A stretch of 63,735 bases of DNA, the filler included, from Octopus bimaculoides (lineage: Eukaryota): the NCBI RefSeq assembly GCF_001194135.2. It is 6 parts of 6 records of this genome, joined end to end, with 100 filler letters (N's around TTAATTAATTAA, not from the genome) between each part and the next. Parts side by side here need not be neighbours in the genome. Positions count along the whole stretch, not along the records: positions 41,107 to 59,199 come from NC_068985.1; positions 59,300 to 63,735 come from NC_068996.1; 4 more parts are not named here. One strand, given 5' to 3'. The notes beneath the pieces were generated by a model. It saw only the letters and a program-made list of their open reading frames with translations, made no database searches and was not told the DNA's origin. This document shows, piece after piece, positions 48,890-62,005 of the stretch. Position numbers and translations under genes: made by a program. Numbering within the stretch: position 1 is the stretch's first letter; each line of letters starts with the position of its first letter.

Positions 48890-51800
48890 NNNNNNNNNNN
48901 NNNNNNNNNNNNNNNNNNNNNNNNNNNNNNNNNNNNNNNNNNNNNNNNNNNNNNNNNNNNNNNNNNNNNNNNNNNNNNNNNNNNNNNNNNNNNNNNNNNN
49001 NNNNNNNNNNNNNNNNNNNNNNNNNNNNNNNNNNNNNNNNNNNNNNNNNNNNNNNNNNNNNNNNNNNNNNNNNNNNNNNNNNNNNNNNNNNNNNNNNNNN
49101 NNNNNNNNNNNNNNNNNNNNNNNNNNNNNNNNNNNNNNNNNNNNNNNNNNNNNNNNNNNNNNNNNNNNNNNNNNNNNNNNNNNNNNNNNNNNNNNNNNNN
49201 NNNNNNNNNNNNNNNNNNNNNNNNNNNNNNNNNNNNNNNNNNNNNNNNNNNNNNNNNNNNNNNNNNNNNNNNNNNNNNNNNNNNNNNNNNNNNNNNNNNN
49301 NNNNNNNNNNNNNNNNNNNNNNNNNNNNNNNNNNNNNNNNNNNNNNNNNNNNNNNNNNNNNNNNNNNNNNNNNNNNNNNNNNNNNNNNNNNNNNNNNNNN
49401 NNNNNNNNNNNNNNNNNNNNNNNNNNNNNNNNNNNNNNNNNNNNNNNNNNNNNNNNNNNNNNNNNNNNNNNNNNNNNNNNNNNNNNNNNNNNNNNNNNNN
49501 NNNNNNNNNNNNNNNCGCCGGACGAAATGCTTAGCGGTATTTCGTCTGTCTTTATGTTCTGAGTTCAAATTCCACCGAGGTCGACTTTGCCTTTCATCCT
49601 TTCGGAGTCGATAAATTAAGTACCAGTTGCGTACTGGGGTCGATCTAATCGACTGCAACCCCCCTCCCCCCAAATTTCGGGCCTTGTGCCTAGAGTAGAA
49701 AAGAATCGTTAGCACACCGGGTGAAATGCTTCGCGGTGTAACGGCTCTGTGAATTATTGTGAATTATTGTGAATACTGTTGTGACTGGTGTCTGGCCAGT
49801 CATGATTTTTCTTCCTTGGCCTAAATGCCGACCGCCAACACCTCTTATGTCCATCTTCTGTGTTCCAGCCTTTAGGCTTTCACTTCATACACGCCAGCTC
49901 AATTCGATTCGTTTTCAGTCGAAAGACATCTGTTGTTATATTCTTGTTTGAATTTGTAATTGTGTACCATGTTCTCCGTGGTTTGTCTTTGTTGCTGTAC
50001 ACATTCACTAGCTTTTTTTACGAAAAACTTTTATGCTCTTAGTTTAGACTTTTTTTGTAGTCATCCAGATCGAACTGTCTCAAGGGTAACTGCCCGAAAC
50101 AGTAAGGACTTCTGGTAACTTGACTGAGGAAAGAAGGCCACGAATGACCTGTCTTTTTTTGCCTGTCTTAATTGTTGTTTCTCCTGTCCGCCTTTCTATC
50201 GTCTGTCTGTCCAAATGTTTTATTGTCCACTATTGCGTTTTTGTTCCATTCTTTATATTCATATATATATATACATATATAAATATATATGTGTGTGTGT
50301 GTGTGTGTGAGCGAACACGTTACAATGAAGTAGAGAAATTTGAAAAGACAACACGAAACCGGTTATTTCTCAAAATACAATGTTTATATACCAAAAAGAT
50401 TTTATAACATTTTTCTAACANNNNNNNNNNATATATTTTTATGCCAACTAAAATTGAACCTGATTAACTTGGTTCTCATATTTGTCTCCTTCCTTTTTTG
50501 AACTAACCAGCTGTATAGATATAAACACAATTCCTTCTTCTTCCTTTCTTTCCTTCTTTCTTTCCTTCTCTTTTCCATTGACGCACCTTTCAGATACACA
50601 GGCGCGCACACGCGCGCATGCATACACACACTCACACAAAAACACACCCACACTCTCTCTCACTGGACAATGATGATGGCAACTTTTTGAAAAACAACTT
50701 TCTTCCAAACAATGCCCCACCTTAAATAGCCACCTGGTTTTGCCATTTTTAAAGGTCAAGAATCAACTTGTCATTGAAAGAACTGACCAGCTGTAAATGC
50801 AATTTTCTTCTTTCTTCTTTCACCTTTCCTTCTCTTTCCCATTGACACTCTTTTCAGATACACAGGCACACATACACACACGCACATTCGCACACACCAA
50901 CACAAAAACATACACACAAAAACACATACACACACTCTCTCTCACTTTCCCCCCATTCCTCACCCTCTTTTACTATCCCATATATCTCTCTCCACCCCTA
51001 CACATTCAATATTACTATAAAAAGAGACAAATCCTCTGAAGAAAAATTAAATCTGGAGAATCTACTCGAATAGATGCAAGCGCTAATTTATAAAAACATG
51101 TGACATATTAATAAAAATCTGTAAATGTACAACCATCCAGATATCTGAGTACCTTATTATTTTTTCTAATACACGCACACACAACACACACACACACNNN
51201 NNNNNNNTATATATATATATATGTATGTATGTATGCATGTATAATATATACGACGGGCTTCTTTCAGTTTCCGTCTACCAAATCCACTCACAAGGCTTTA
51301 GTAGGCCCGAGGTTATTGTAGAAAACAGTTGCCCGAAGTGCCATGCTGTGGAACTGAACCCGAAACTAAGTGGTTGGGAAGCTAGCTTCGTACCACACAG
51401 GCACACCTATGTGCCTGTGTGGTACGTTAGTGTATATATATATACACGAGGTCTGTATATACAATAGTTAGTGTATATATACACGAGGTCTGCATACAAG
51501 TAGAAAAAAATAGTCTACAGCGCACTCTCGGTTAAATTTCTAACGGGTTACTCTATCTGCAGTGCTAAAGACATGAATTTAGAAATAAAAACGAAGAGTT
51601 CTAGACAGGAAGTGAAATCGCCCTATCTAAAACAGTAATATCTCGCGAAAGAAGAAATATGACGTATGTAAATGATGCGTGATTTCCAGTCCTGATATGA
51701 AATGAGGAAATGGAAATGAAAAAAATTACAGTATTTGTCATAAAACTTCTATGAAAAGATTATTAATCGTACATCATAACATTTCTATGAAAGACAAACC

Positions 51801-52074
51801 ACATGGAGACAGAATGGGCGAGAGAGAGAGAGAGAGAGAGGTAGGGGTGCAGTGTAAATAAGAATATTATGAAAATATGATTCTAGTAAAGGAAGTATAG
51901 ACGGATTTCTAGGAACCATAACACATACCACTGTTTCGTTGGGGAAATGTTGTCAGGGGTGAATTTGGTTCAAATTCTTCTTGAAGGACAAGGTCAAAGC
52001 GTGATACAAGCATCTTGCACACGTGCGCGAAGATGCTTTAAATGTGAACTGTATTTTGTGGTAAAGTATTGTTT

Positions 52075-55000
52075 CAAATTTTAATATAAGAGAAGCAATT
52101 TTAGAAAAGTCAGTAGGTCGATTACATCGACCCTAGTGTTCAACTGGTACTTTTTTTCATTGACCCCGAAAGGGATAAACGGTAAGGTCGACTTCGGCGG
52201 AATTTGAGCTCAGAACATAAAAACGGACAAAGTGCCGCTAAGCGCTTCATCCAACGTGCTAACGATTCTGACTGCTCACCACCATTTTTTTTTTTGTGAT
52301 ATAATATTCTTTTCTACTCTAGGAACAAGGCCCTAAATTTTGGGGGAGGGGGACAGTCGATTAGATTGACCTTAGTACGCAACCAGTACTTAATCTATCG
52401 ACGACCGAAAGAATGAAAGGCAAAGTCGACCTGCAAAGTCCACCTGCAAAGTCCACCTCGGTGGAATTTGAACTCAGAGCGTAAAGACTGACGAAATACC
52501 GCTAAGAATTTCGTCCGGCGTGCTAACCTTTCTTATTTCTTTATTGCCCACAGGGGGCTAAACATAAAGGGGACAAACAAGGACAGACAAACGGATTAAG
52601 TCGATTACATCGATCGCAGTGCGTAACTGGTACTTATTTAATCGACCCCGAAAGGATGAAAGGCAAAGTCGACCTCGGTGGAATTTGAGCTCAGAACGTA
52701 ACGGCAGACGAAATACTGCTAAGTATTACGCCCGGCGCGCTAACGTTTCTGCCAGCTCGCTGCCTTTTTTCCGTGATATAATATTAAAATTTTACTGCAT
52801 GAAGTAAAACCTGTAACTTGTGTTACACATTGCCTTAACAGTTCACGGTGAAAGTAGAAATTTCCTACTTGCATAAACTCTCGATTTTATTTAATGATTA
52901 CCATTAGGTAGGCGTATTTATAATATGATTCACTTAACCGATATTATGAGATAAAAACAGCAACAAACAATTAAGCGCAATTATGCGTGATGTGTTTAAT
53001 CTAGTGGCAATTATGTTAGTACTCCCACTGACAATTGACATTCAATCTCGTTAGTGTAAATTGTTTAATATTGGTTTCAAATTTTAGCACAAGACCAACA
53101 ATTTCAGGGGAGAGAGTAAGTCAGTACATTTTCCCCAGTGCTCAGCTGGTACTTGATTTATCGACCCAGAATGGATGAAAGGCAAAATCGACCGCCGCGG
53201 AATTTTTACTTAAAACAGAAAGACAGACGAAATGCCGCTAAGCATTTCGCTCGGCGCGGTGATGATTCAGCCAGCTCACCGCCTTATGTATATTATTTAT
53301 TATAAGGTGAAGTAAGGGTGGTGTGCGGGAACAGTCATTACTCCACCGGACAAAATGCTTAGCAGAATTTCGTTCGGCGAGCCGGCAGAAATGTTAGCAC
53401 GCCGAGCGAAATGCTTAGCGGTATTTCGTCTGCCGCTACGTTCTGAGTTCAAATTCCGCCGAGGTCGACTTTGCCTTTCATCCTTTCGGGGTCGATTAAA
53501 TAAGTACCAGTTACACACTGGGTCGATATAATCGACTTAATCCGTTTGTCTGTCCCTGTTTGTCCCCTCTGTGTGTAGTCCCTTGTGGGCAGTAAAGAAA
53601 TAAGAATTTCGTCCGACTTTCAACGTTCTGAGTTCAAATGCCTCCGGTGTCGACCTTGCCTTTCATCTTTTCAGGGTCGATAAAATAAGTACTAGTTGAG
53701 CACTGGGAGTGATGTAATCGACTAGCTCCCTCCCCTATAATTCCAGACTTTGTGCTAAAATTAGAAAGGAATTTGTGGTTAGGTCGAATATTCTTGGAAT
53801 TATTCCGTATATTCAACCTACCTGAAAGTCTTAGTGGGCATCATGAAAAATGAAGGCAGTGAAGTACGGAGTAATAGAGTATGGGCAGAATCGTTGAATC
53901 ACAACTGGAAGCTTGCGTGCATTTAGCTTGGGCTCTTCTTGAAAATGTGTCGACTGTAGCATGCGTTGCTTTTGCTACGGGATTAAGCAAGCCCTAATTT
54001 CTAGCAGTGTCAGTAAAAATGTTAGGGTTTCATAGTTGGTTTCGTATTTTCATCAGTGCATTCGTTGTTGTTTTCAGTAATTCCGTTATTAAAAAAAAGC
54101 TGTTATTACCATATAAGCACAAGGCTAGCAATTTTAGCTGTTACTACCATATAGGTAAACGGCTAGCAATTTTTGGAGAAGGTATAATTCAATTACATTA
54201 ATACACTGAGGCCAGCGATTGCTAGTACTTATTTCATCAACCCAAAAGGATGAAAGATAAAGTTGACTTCAGCGGTATATGAACCCAGAAGGTAAAGAAC
54301 CAAATGTAATGATGCTATGCATTTAATCCGACGCTGTAACAATTCTGCAAACTCGCTACCCTATGTTGATGTTATAATGATCAAAACAATTAATAGAATC
54401 AAGTTAATTACTTTAATTAACCAGTGAGTTTATGACGGTTGTAAAGTAGAGTAATACTATCTTTTTTTAATGTGGAAATCTGAGAACGGAATTCATGAAT
54501 TGATTGTGACATCATGATGAATCACATCGGCAGTGAAGATACAAAAAATGACCCTTCGTTAAGCTGTACTGATAGCAGAAAGGGAGTCAGCTTTAAAAGG
54601 TTGCCCTAGTTAACCGATGTTAAGGGTCAATATTATTTACCTATAAGGTTGTGGTCTAGCAGAGCGAAATGCTTAGTGTTATTGCGTCCGTTTTATATAT
54701 TATGAGTTCAAATTCCGCTGAGGTTGACTTTGCCTTTCATCCTTTCGGGGCCGATAAAATAAATACCACTTGAACACTGGAGTCGATGTAAATCACTCAC
54801 TCCATTCCCTGTGAAATTGCTGGCCTTGTGCCAAAATTTGAAACCAATAATATATGCTTAAATGAAGACGGTGACTTGGCAGAATCGTTAGCTCGCCGAA
54901 CAAAATACCTAGCGGTAGTTTTTCTGACTCTTTACCATCTGAGTTCAAATTCTGCCGGTGTCGACTTTGCCTTTCATTCTTTCGGAGTCAATAAGTACCA

Positions 55001-55075
55001 CTTGAACTCTGCTGTCAATGTAATCGCCTAGCACCCGCCCCCTAAATTTGCTGCCCTTGTGCCAAAATTTGAAGC
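52075..55075. mobile_element. Dense cluster of about 9 SINE family B copies in both orientations
   Basis: Minus: about 52075-52285, 52305-52530, 52535-52765, 53072-53285, 54205-54360. Plus: about 53375-53610, 53625-53770, 54660-54845, 54870-55075. Confidence 0.9.
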
Positions 55076-56559
55076 AATGTCATATTTATACGACTTTGGA
55101 AACACATACCCTCTATCTTGAACATGATACTCTATAACAAAAGTACAAAAATATAAGCAGGCATGGCTGTGTGGTAACAATTTTACTTCCTAATCAGTTA
55201 ATTTGGGGTTCAGTCCAACTATGTGGTATCATCTTAGGCATGTGTCTTCTACTATAGCCCAGCCGACTAATGTCTTGTAGAAGAATAGTCAAAATATCCC
55301 GCCAACCCTCTTGGATGATGTGTGTGTTTTGCTAATAATAGTATTGGTGATGGCAATAATGCGACCCTGATGAGATGGAGTATCCAGAAATTTGTAATAT
55401 GTTGTAATTTGTTACAATATTTTACGAGACATCTTATGATGTGGTTTATTTTTCCGGGATACCCTATTGAAATGTGCATAGGTTTGGCTTATTGTGGTTG
55501 TTTCTGTTATTATAATTGTTGCTGCAATAAAGTATCTTCAATGCATTGATTTTGAGCTCTATCCTTTAAGAGACATGTATATNNNNNNNNNNNNNNNNNN
55601 NNNNNNNNNNNNNNNNNNNNNNNNNNNNNNNNNNNNNNNNNNNNNNNNNNNNNNNNNNNNNNNNNNNNNNNNNNNNNNNNNNNNNNNNNNNNNNNNNNNN
55701 NNNNNNNNNNNNNNNNNNNNNNNNNNNNNNNNNNNNNNNNNNNNNNNNNNNNNNNNNNNNNNNNNNNNNNNNNNNNNNNNNNNNNNNNNNNNNNNNNNNN
55801 NNNNNNNNNNNNNNNNNNNNNNNNNNNNNNNNNNNNNNNNNNNNNNNNNNNNNNNNNNNNNNNNNNNNNNNNNNNNNNNNNNNNNNNNNNNNNNNNNNNN
55901 NNNNNNNNNNNNNNNNNNNNNNNNNNNNNNNNNNNNNNNNNNNNNNNNNNNNNNNNNNNNNNNNNNNNNNNNNNNNNNNNNNNNNNNNNNNNNNNNNNNN
56001 NNNNNNNNNNNNNNNNNNNNNNNNNNNNNNNNNNNNNNNNNNNNNNNNNNNNNNNNNNNNNNNNNNNNNNNNNNNNNNNNNNNNNNNNNNNNNNNNNNNN
56101 NNNNNNNNNNNNNNNNNNNNNNNNNNNNNNNNNNNNNNNNNNNNNNNNNNNNNNNNNNNNNNNNNNNNNNNNNNNNNNNNNNNNNNNNNNNNNNNNNNNN
56201 NNNNNNNNNNNNNNNNNNNNNNNNNNNNNNNNNNNNNNNNNNNNNNNNNNNNNNNNNNNNNNNNNNNNNNNNNNNNNNNNNNNNNNNNNNNNNNNNNNNN
56301 NNNNNNNNNNNNNNNNNNNNNNNNNNNNNNNNNNNNNNNNNNNNNNNNNNNNNNNNNNNNNNNNNNNNNNNNNNNNNNNNNNNNNNNNNNNNNNNNNNNN
56401 NNNNNNNNNNNNNNNNNNNNNNNNNNNNNNNNNNNNNNNNNNNNNNNNNNNNNNNNNNNNNNNNNNNNCCGAGGCTATAGTAGAAGACACTTGCCCAAGG
56501 TGCCACGCAGTGGGACTGAACCCGGAACCATGTGGTTGGTAAGCAAGCTACTTACCAAT

Positions 56560-56935
56560 ACTCTTTTACTTGTTTCAGTCATTTGACTGTGGCCATGCTG
56601 GAGAACCGCCTTTAGTCAAACAAATCGATCCCAGGACTTATTCTATCGGTACTTATTCTATTGGTCTCTTTTTGCCGAACCGCTAAGTTACGGGGACGTA
56701 AACACACCAGCATTGGTTGTCAAGCGATGTTGGGGGGACAAACACAGACACACAAACACATACAAACACATACATATATACGACGGGCTTCTTTCAGTTT
56801 CCGTCTACCAAATCCACTCACAAGGCTTTGGTCGGCCCGAAGTTATAGTAGAAGACACTTGCCTAAGGTGCTACGCAGTGGGACTGAACCCGGAACCATG
56901 TGGTTGGTAAGCAAACTACTTACCACAGAGCCATT
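56560..56935 (-). mobile_element. SINE family A, full length
   Basis: Reverse complement of the 42712 copy plus tail ctcttttacttgtttcagtca. Confidence 0.9.
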
Positions 56936-57235
56936 CCCATGCCTATATATATGAGCTAGAGGTTAGACAACCATCTAAGGGAGAATAAATATCCAATATA
57001 CTACTGGATATATGCCTATATATAAATGCCTACTGTTGTGAGGCAATAGTGCAATTGAATAATAGGTATGGGTGGAGGCAAACAAAAGTTTAACCAGAAT
57101 TTCTAAGGTAAGGAAGAAAATGGAGAAGATAATTAATTGACAAACATCACCTTACAAACATCAGCTAGATCTATTTATTAATTACAATCATATGAACGAA
57201 TAAGTAAATAGGAATAAATGAGTGAATAAAACTCT

Positions 57236-57378
57236 ACTCTTACAGCTGTTTCTACTTTGGGAGCCCAGCATGCCAAAGCTGACACATCATAACAAGATTA
57301 TACAAAGATTGTACAAAAATTGAACAAACATTGGATAAAAATTGGACAAAAGTTGAGCTCAAAGCTTCATTAGAGAGT
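57236..57378 (-). ncRNA. Type I hammerhead ribozyme motif with long stem II, G5A variant
   Basis: acucu-CUAAUGA-a-gcuuugagcuc[88 nt]gggcucccaaagu-a-GAAAC-agcu-GUA-agagu; perfect 5-bp stem I, palindromic ACAGCUGU stem III. Confidence 0.75.
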
Positions 57379-58559
57379 CCATAATGGTAAGAATTAAACA
57401 AGTAAAAAGTAAAGTAAAATAATAAAAAATAGTAAAAAATAGTAAAAAAGTAAATTCCAAGATAATATCTAGAGGTTATAAGATCAAACCTTATTTCAGC
57501 TTGTAAGCTGATGTTTGTCAATTAATTATTTTCTTCCTTGTCTTATATATATATATATATCAAAGTAAGAAACAGGGTATCAAGTAGTGATGCAGTACNN
57601 NNNNNNNNNNNNNNNNNNNNNNNNNNNNNNNNNNNNNNNNNNNNNNNNNNNNNNNNNNNNNNNNNNNNNNNNNNNNNNNNNNNNNNNNNNNNNNNNNNNN
57701 NNNNNNNNNNNNNNNNNNNNNNNNNNNNNNNNNNNNNNNNNNNTAAAAGAAAATACAAGAGCATCAGTTAATTATGATTTTATTCAACATATTCCCCTCT
57801 CAGATTCGCGCACTTATTGCAACGGGACTTCAGTTTTTCTAAGCCCTAGACTTTTTGTGTTTTCATCCAAAATGGAGATGAACACCATCCCTCCATATGG
57901 TCAACTTAAAAAATTGTTAAGATATTAAGATATTTATCTTAGCATGAAACCAATGGTAGCCTTAATTCACAAATAAAGAAATTTTATCCACCAATGCAGT
58001 GTTTGTGTGTGTGTGTGTGCGTAATCATTTATAACAGTTCGATTCGGCTTCATGCAGCTTTAATTTTGGAGGCTCTTTACAGGAATCTAACTCGTCACTC
58101 AGACGGCAGAATGGCTGCTGGAAGTCCAAGATGGCTGCTGGAAACTGGGCTGCTATCGATCAAGGTGAGTCACATGGTGTTGTTGGGAATAATCCTTTCT
58201 ATAACAGGCACAAGGTCTGAAATTTAGGAGAGGGGGATAGTCTATTACATCGACTCCAGCACGCAGATGGTACTTATTTTATCGACCCCGAAAGGATAAA
58301 AGGTATAGTCGACTTCGGCGGAATTTGAACTCAGAACTTAGCGTCTAGCGTGCTAACAATTCTGCCAGCTCGCTGCCTTGTGTTGTTGAAAAAAATATTG
58401 AAAATCAATGACAACAAACCCATCAAAATGAGATCCCAATCTGAATTTGTTGGACCTCGTGGCTGGACAGGAAACTGGTGGCGCCCCTCTGTCTGGAAGG
58501 TATTTGAAGAAACTAAAGCGACATCGATGGCCAGTGTCTGATGCATAAACGTGTATATC

Positions 58560-59200
58560 CGCTATGTGTGTGTATGTAGGTGCTTGTGCTTGTATGTGGG
58601 TGCTTGTTTGTGCCGGCCGATGAATCCGTTTGATGGTGCGTATGCGCGTGTTTGTTAGGGTGTGTTAGTATATGGGTGTGGGTGCGTATCTGCTCCGTGT
58701 GTGTGCTTGTGTACGCGTATATGTTGGTATGTGTGTCAGTTGTGTATACCAGCTGCGTGCGTGTCAGTTCTATGTGCGTGTGTGTGAGTGTGTATGTGTA
58801 TATGCATGTATATGTGCATGCACGAATACGTGTGCCTTCGTGACTAGCTTATGCGCATGTGCGCACGTGCCTCACTGGTATGAGAGAATGGATGTGTGCG
58901 TATGAATGTCTGTCTGTGTGTTTATCTGGATGAACGAGCGTGCGTGTGTTTACGTTTGGTGTGCGTGACTGTGTACGTGCGCGCGTGTGCACGATTGTGT
59001 GTGAGAGTAAGTGTGTGTGTGTGTGTGTGTGCGTGTGTGTGTATAAATACGACTTGCGTATGCTCTAATCTGCGTGCATATAGGATTGGTATGTGGATCT
59101 GTATGTGAACTGATGTGCTGGTGCGTCGTGTTTGGCGCCACGCAGTAGCAACAACGTAATGCACTGAGGTGTGTGTGCGAGGGAGAGGGTAACCGCATTN
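58560..59200. repeat. Degenerate (GT/GC)-alternating low-complexity tract
   Basis: Direct reading. Confidence 0.85.
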
Positions 59201-59355
59201 NNNNNNNNNNNNNNNNNNNNNNNNNNNNNNNNNNNNNNNNNNNTTAATTAATTAANNNNNNNNNNNNNNNNNNNNNNNNNNNNNNNNNNNNNNNNNNNNA
59301 TATATACATACATACATATATATAAATATATACATACATACATATATATAAATAT

Positions 59356-59405
<50 letters not shown>

Positions 59406-59489
59406 ACACATATACACACGCATATGCATCTATATATATGTGTATACATATATAATATTTATATATACATATATAAATATATGGACACT

Positions 59490-59995
59490 AAACTTCACTT
59501 GCGAAGACCTGTTGAGGCAAGTGAAATCGAAATCAGGTTAATTTCGACAACTGGCACCCATGCCAATGTCGTCTCCTTCATTGGACACGAAACTCAGCTT
59601 GTGAAGACTTGTTGGGGCAAGCGAAAGCGAAATCGTGATGGCACCTGTGCCCAGCATCACCTTTCTGGCACTTGAGCCCGCAGCATGTGTAAGGACTTTC
59701 AAGCGAGATCGTTGCCAGTGCCCCTGGACTGGCTCTTGTGCGGGTGGCACATAAAATACACCATTTTCAGCATGGCCGTTGCCAGTACCGCCTGACTGGC
59801 CTTCGTGCCAGTGGCAAGTAAAAGCACCCACTACACTCTCTGTGTGGTTGGCGTTAGGAAGGGCATCCAGCTGTAGAAACTCTGCCAAATCAGATTGGAG
59901 CCTGGTGTAACCATCTGGTTTCACCAGTCCTCAGTCAAATCGTCCAACCCATGCTAGCATGGAAAGTGGACGTTAAACAACGATGATGATGATGA

Positions 59996-59998
<3 letters not shown>
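59490..59998 (+). mobile_element. RTE-derived 3'-UTR repeat, long copy
   Basis: Near reverse complement of 36165-36620; (GAT)n tail. Confidence 0.85.
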
Positions 59999-60032
<34 letters not shown>

Positions 60033-60065
60033 TTGTAATGATTCTCCTTAATATATGCTAGATGA

Positions 60066-60848
60066 GTAGTTCTCAACCATTTTTTATCTATGAACCCTTT
60101 TGATTATTATTTATTCTGGTTGACTTTCAAAGCCATTCAATGTTTAAAAATTAGTTTTATAGAAACTTCTTTCAAAATTTCTCTTTTGCTTTTCACACAT
60201 TAACTTGTGTTGGTTGAACTAGGAAAACTGTTAGAGAAAGGAACCTACCTGTTTCTTACAATACATACATCTAACGTTCTCAGCCATTTTTTTTAATCTA
60301 TGGACCCCTTTGATAACTATTTTATTCTGGTGGACCCCGATAGCCATTCTATGTTTTAAATTTAGTTGAACTTCAGAGAAAGAAACCTGTTTCTTGCAAT
60401 GCATACCAATATATACATTTAAAGCAAAATTTTTGTCAGGGGCCCTTAAAATACTATTATAGACCCCCAATTTACTATTTTGTTACGTGGACCCCCAAGA
60501 ATCTTACATGGACACACAATGGTCATATGGACCCCAGCTAAGAACCACTGCACTAGATAAGTGGATCCCAAACATTTTCAAGCTGCAGCCCCCCTTGGTA
60601 CCCAGGCCACATTCTTAGTGCCCTCCCCCATCACACACCAGCACAAACCTTGACCATTTTCTGCAGCAAGTTCAAAACAACAGTATTTCACAAACAAACC
60701 TTAACCTAATCAACCCATTATTTTGTGTTTTGTTACAAACATGGGCCCCTTTTGTTACCCCATTTTTGCCCCACTTTTCTTCAACACCCTTCCTGAATCT
60801 TTCTACCTCCCCAACAGAGGCAGTGCAAACCACTTTGGGAACCACTGC
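60066..60848. mobile_element. Adjacent/nested hAT-Charlie-like MITEs
   Basis: Termini agtagttctcaacc...aagaaccactg (about 60066-60549) and agtggatcccaaa...tttgggaaccactg (about 60560-60848); left-end segment duplicated at about 60277. Confidence 0.65.
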
Positions 60849-61045
60849 ACTAGATGATTGTTTCAGCTACATAAAGAAGTAAGCTGTTTCTACTTCATGG
60901 TACCTATTTACAGCTAGGTAGACTGCACTAGAAGTGTTTTAGCTATGTCCAAAGTAAAGTGTCACAAACAGGATACAAATGATGAAGCCTTAGCTTATTT
61001 GTGGTTTGTAGTCATTAAACATCACACAACTCAGCCAACTAATAT

Positions 61046-61080
<35 letters not shown>

Positions 61081-61246
61081 TGTGCACGCACAGTACTTTA
61101 TATTACATTAAATTAAGAGGTCACTTCTAGTGGGCGGCATGGAAGGGAGCAGCAATAAAATAAATAGAACTAACCAACATTATATGGGTGATTATAAATA
61201 ATGTAAGAACATTACTCTGGGATTTTGATCATGCTTACTATGCCCT

Positions 61247-61294
<48 letters not shown>

Positions 61295-61737
61295 TACTGA
61301 GGTTTCTCTCCCCATACCATCATTCAACAAAATTGGTTTTCTACAGAGTTCCAAATTCACGTTCACAGACAAACACACATGCACACAAACCACATACATG
61401 TAAACACACATGGACATACATAAGCATACACACACACATACAATGCACACACACACACACACATAATCTGGACTGGGAGAGTAGATCGAGTGAGAGATTT
61501 TTTTTTTGTTATATATTTTAGTCCAGTTACTTAATCCTTAAGGTCAATTTGCAAAAGTTAAATATTTGACCTGTGACCTTTACTTTCTCTTTCTCTCTCA
61601 CACACACAATATATCAAACAAGGACACAATCTAGACAAAAGGTGTTTCCACAACTGTTGTTTTTACAAGACTGTCCTGCTACACTTTATCAATAAAAGTG
61701 TGTACAGGTACGGGCATTTTTATATGCATACTAATGA

Positions 61738-62005
61738 ACAGGCTTGGCTGTGTAGTAAGAAGATTGCTTCCCAACCACAAGGTCCCAGGTTTAGTTCCAC
61801 AGCGTGGTAATTAGGGAAAATGTTTTCTACTATAGCCTTGGGCCAACCAAAGCCTTGCAAGAGATGATGGTAGACTTAAACTGAAAGTAACTCATTGTGT
61901 GTGTGTGTGTCCTACCACCACTTCACAACCAGTATTGGTGTGCTTATGTCCACATAACTTAGTGGTTCACCAAAAGAAATGCTAGAATGAGTAGCAGGTT
62001 TCAAA
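61738..62005 (+). mobile_element. SINE family A, diverged
   Basis: Head, CORE-like segment and body recognisable. Confidence 0.75.

Noticed and set aside
58390-58500. INDNKP peptide resembling a cadherin DxNDN linker
   Set aside because: Opposite strand to the cadherin exon, no other cadherin motifs or splice sites.
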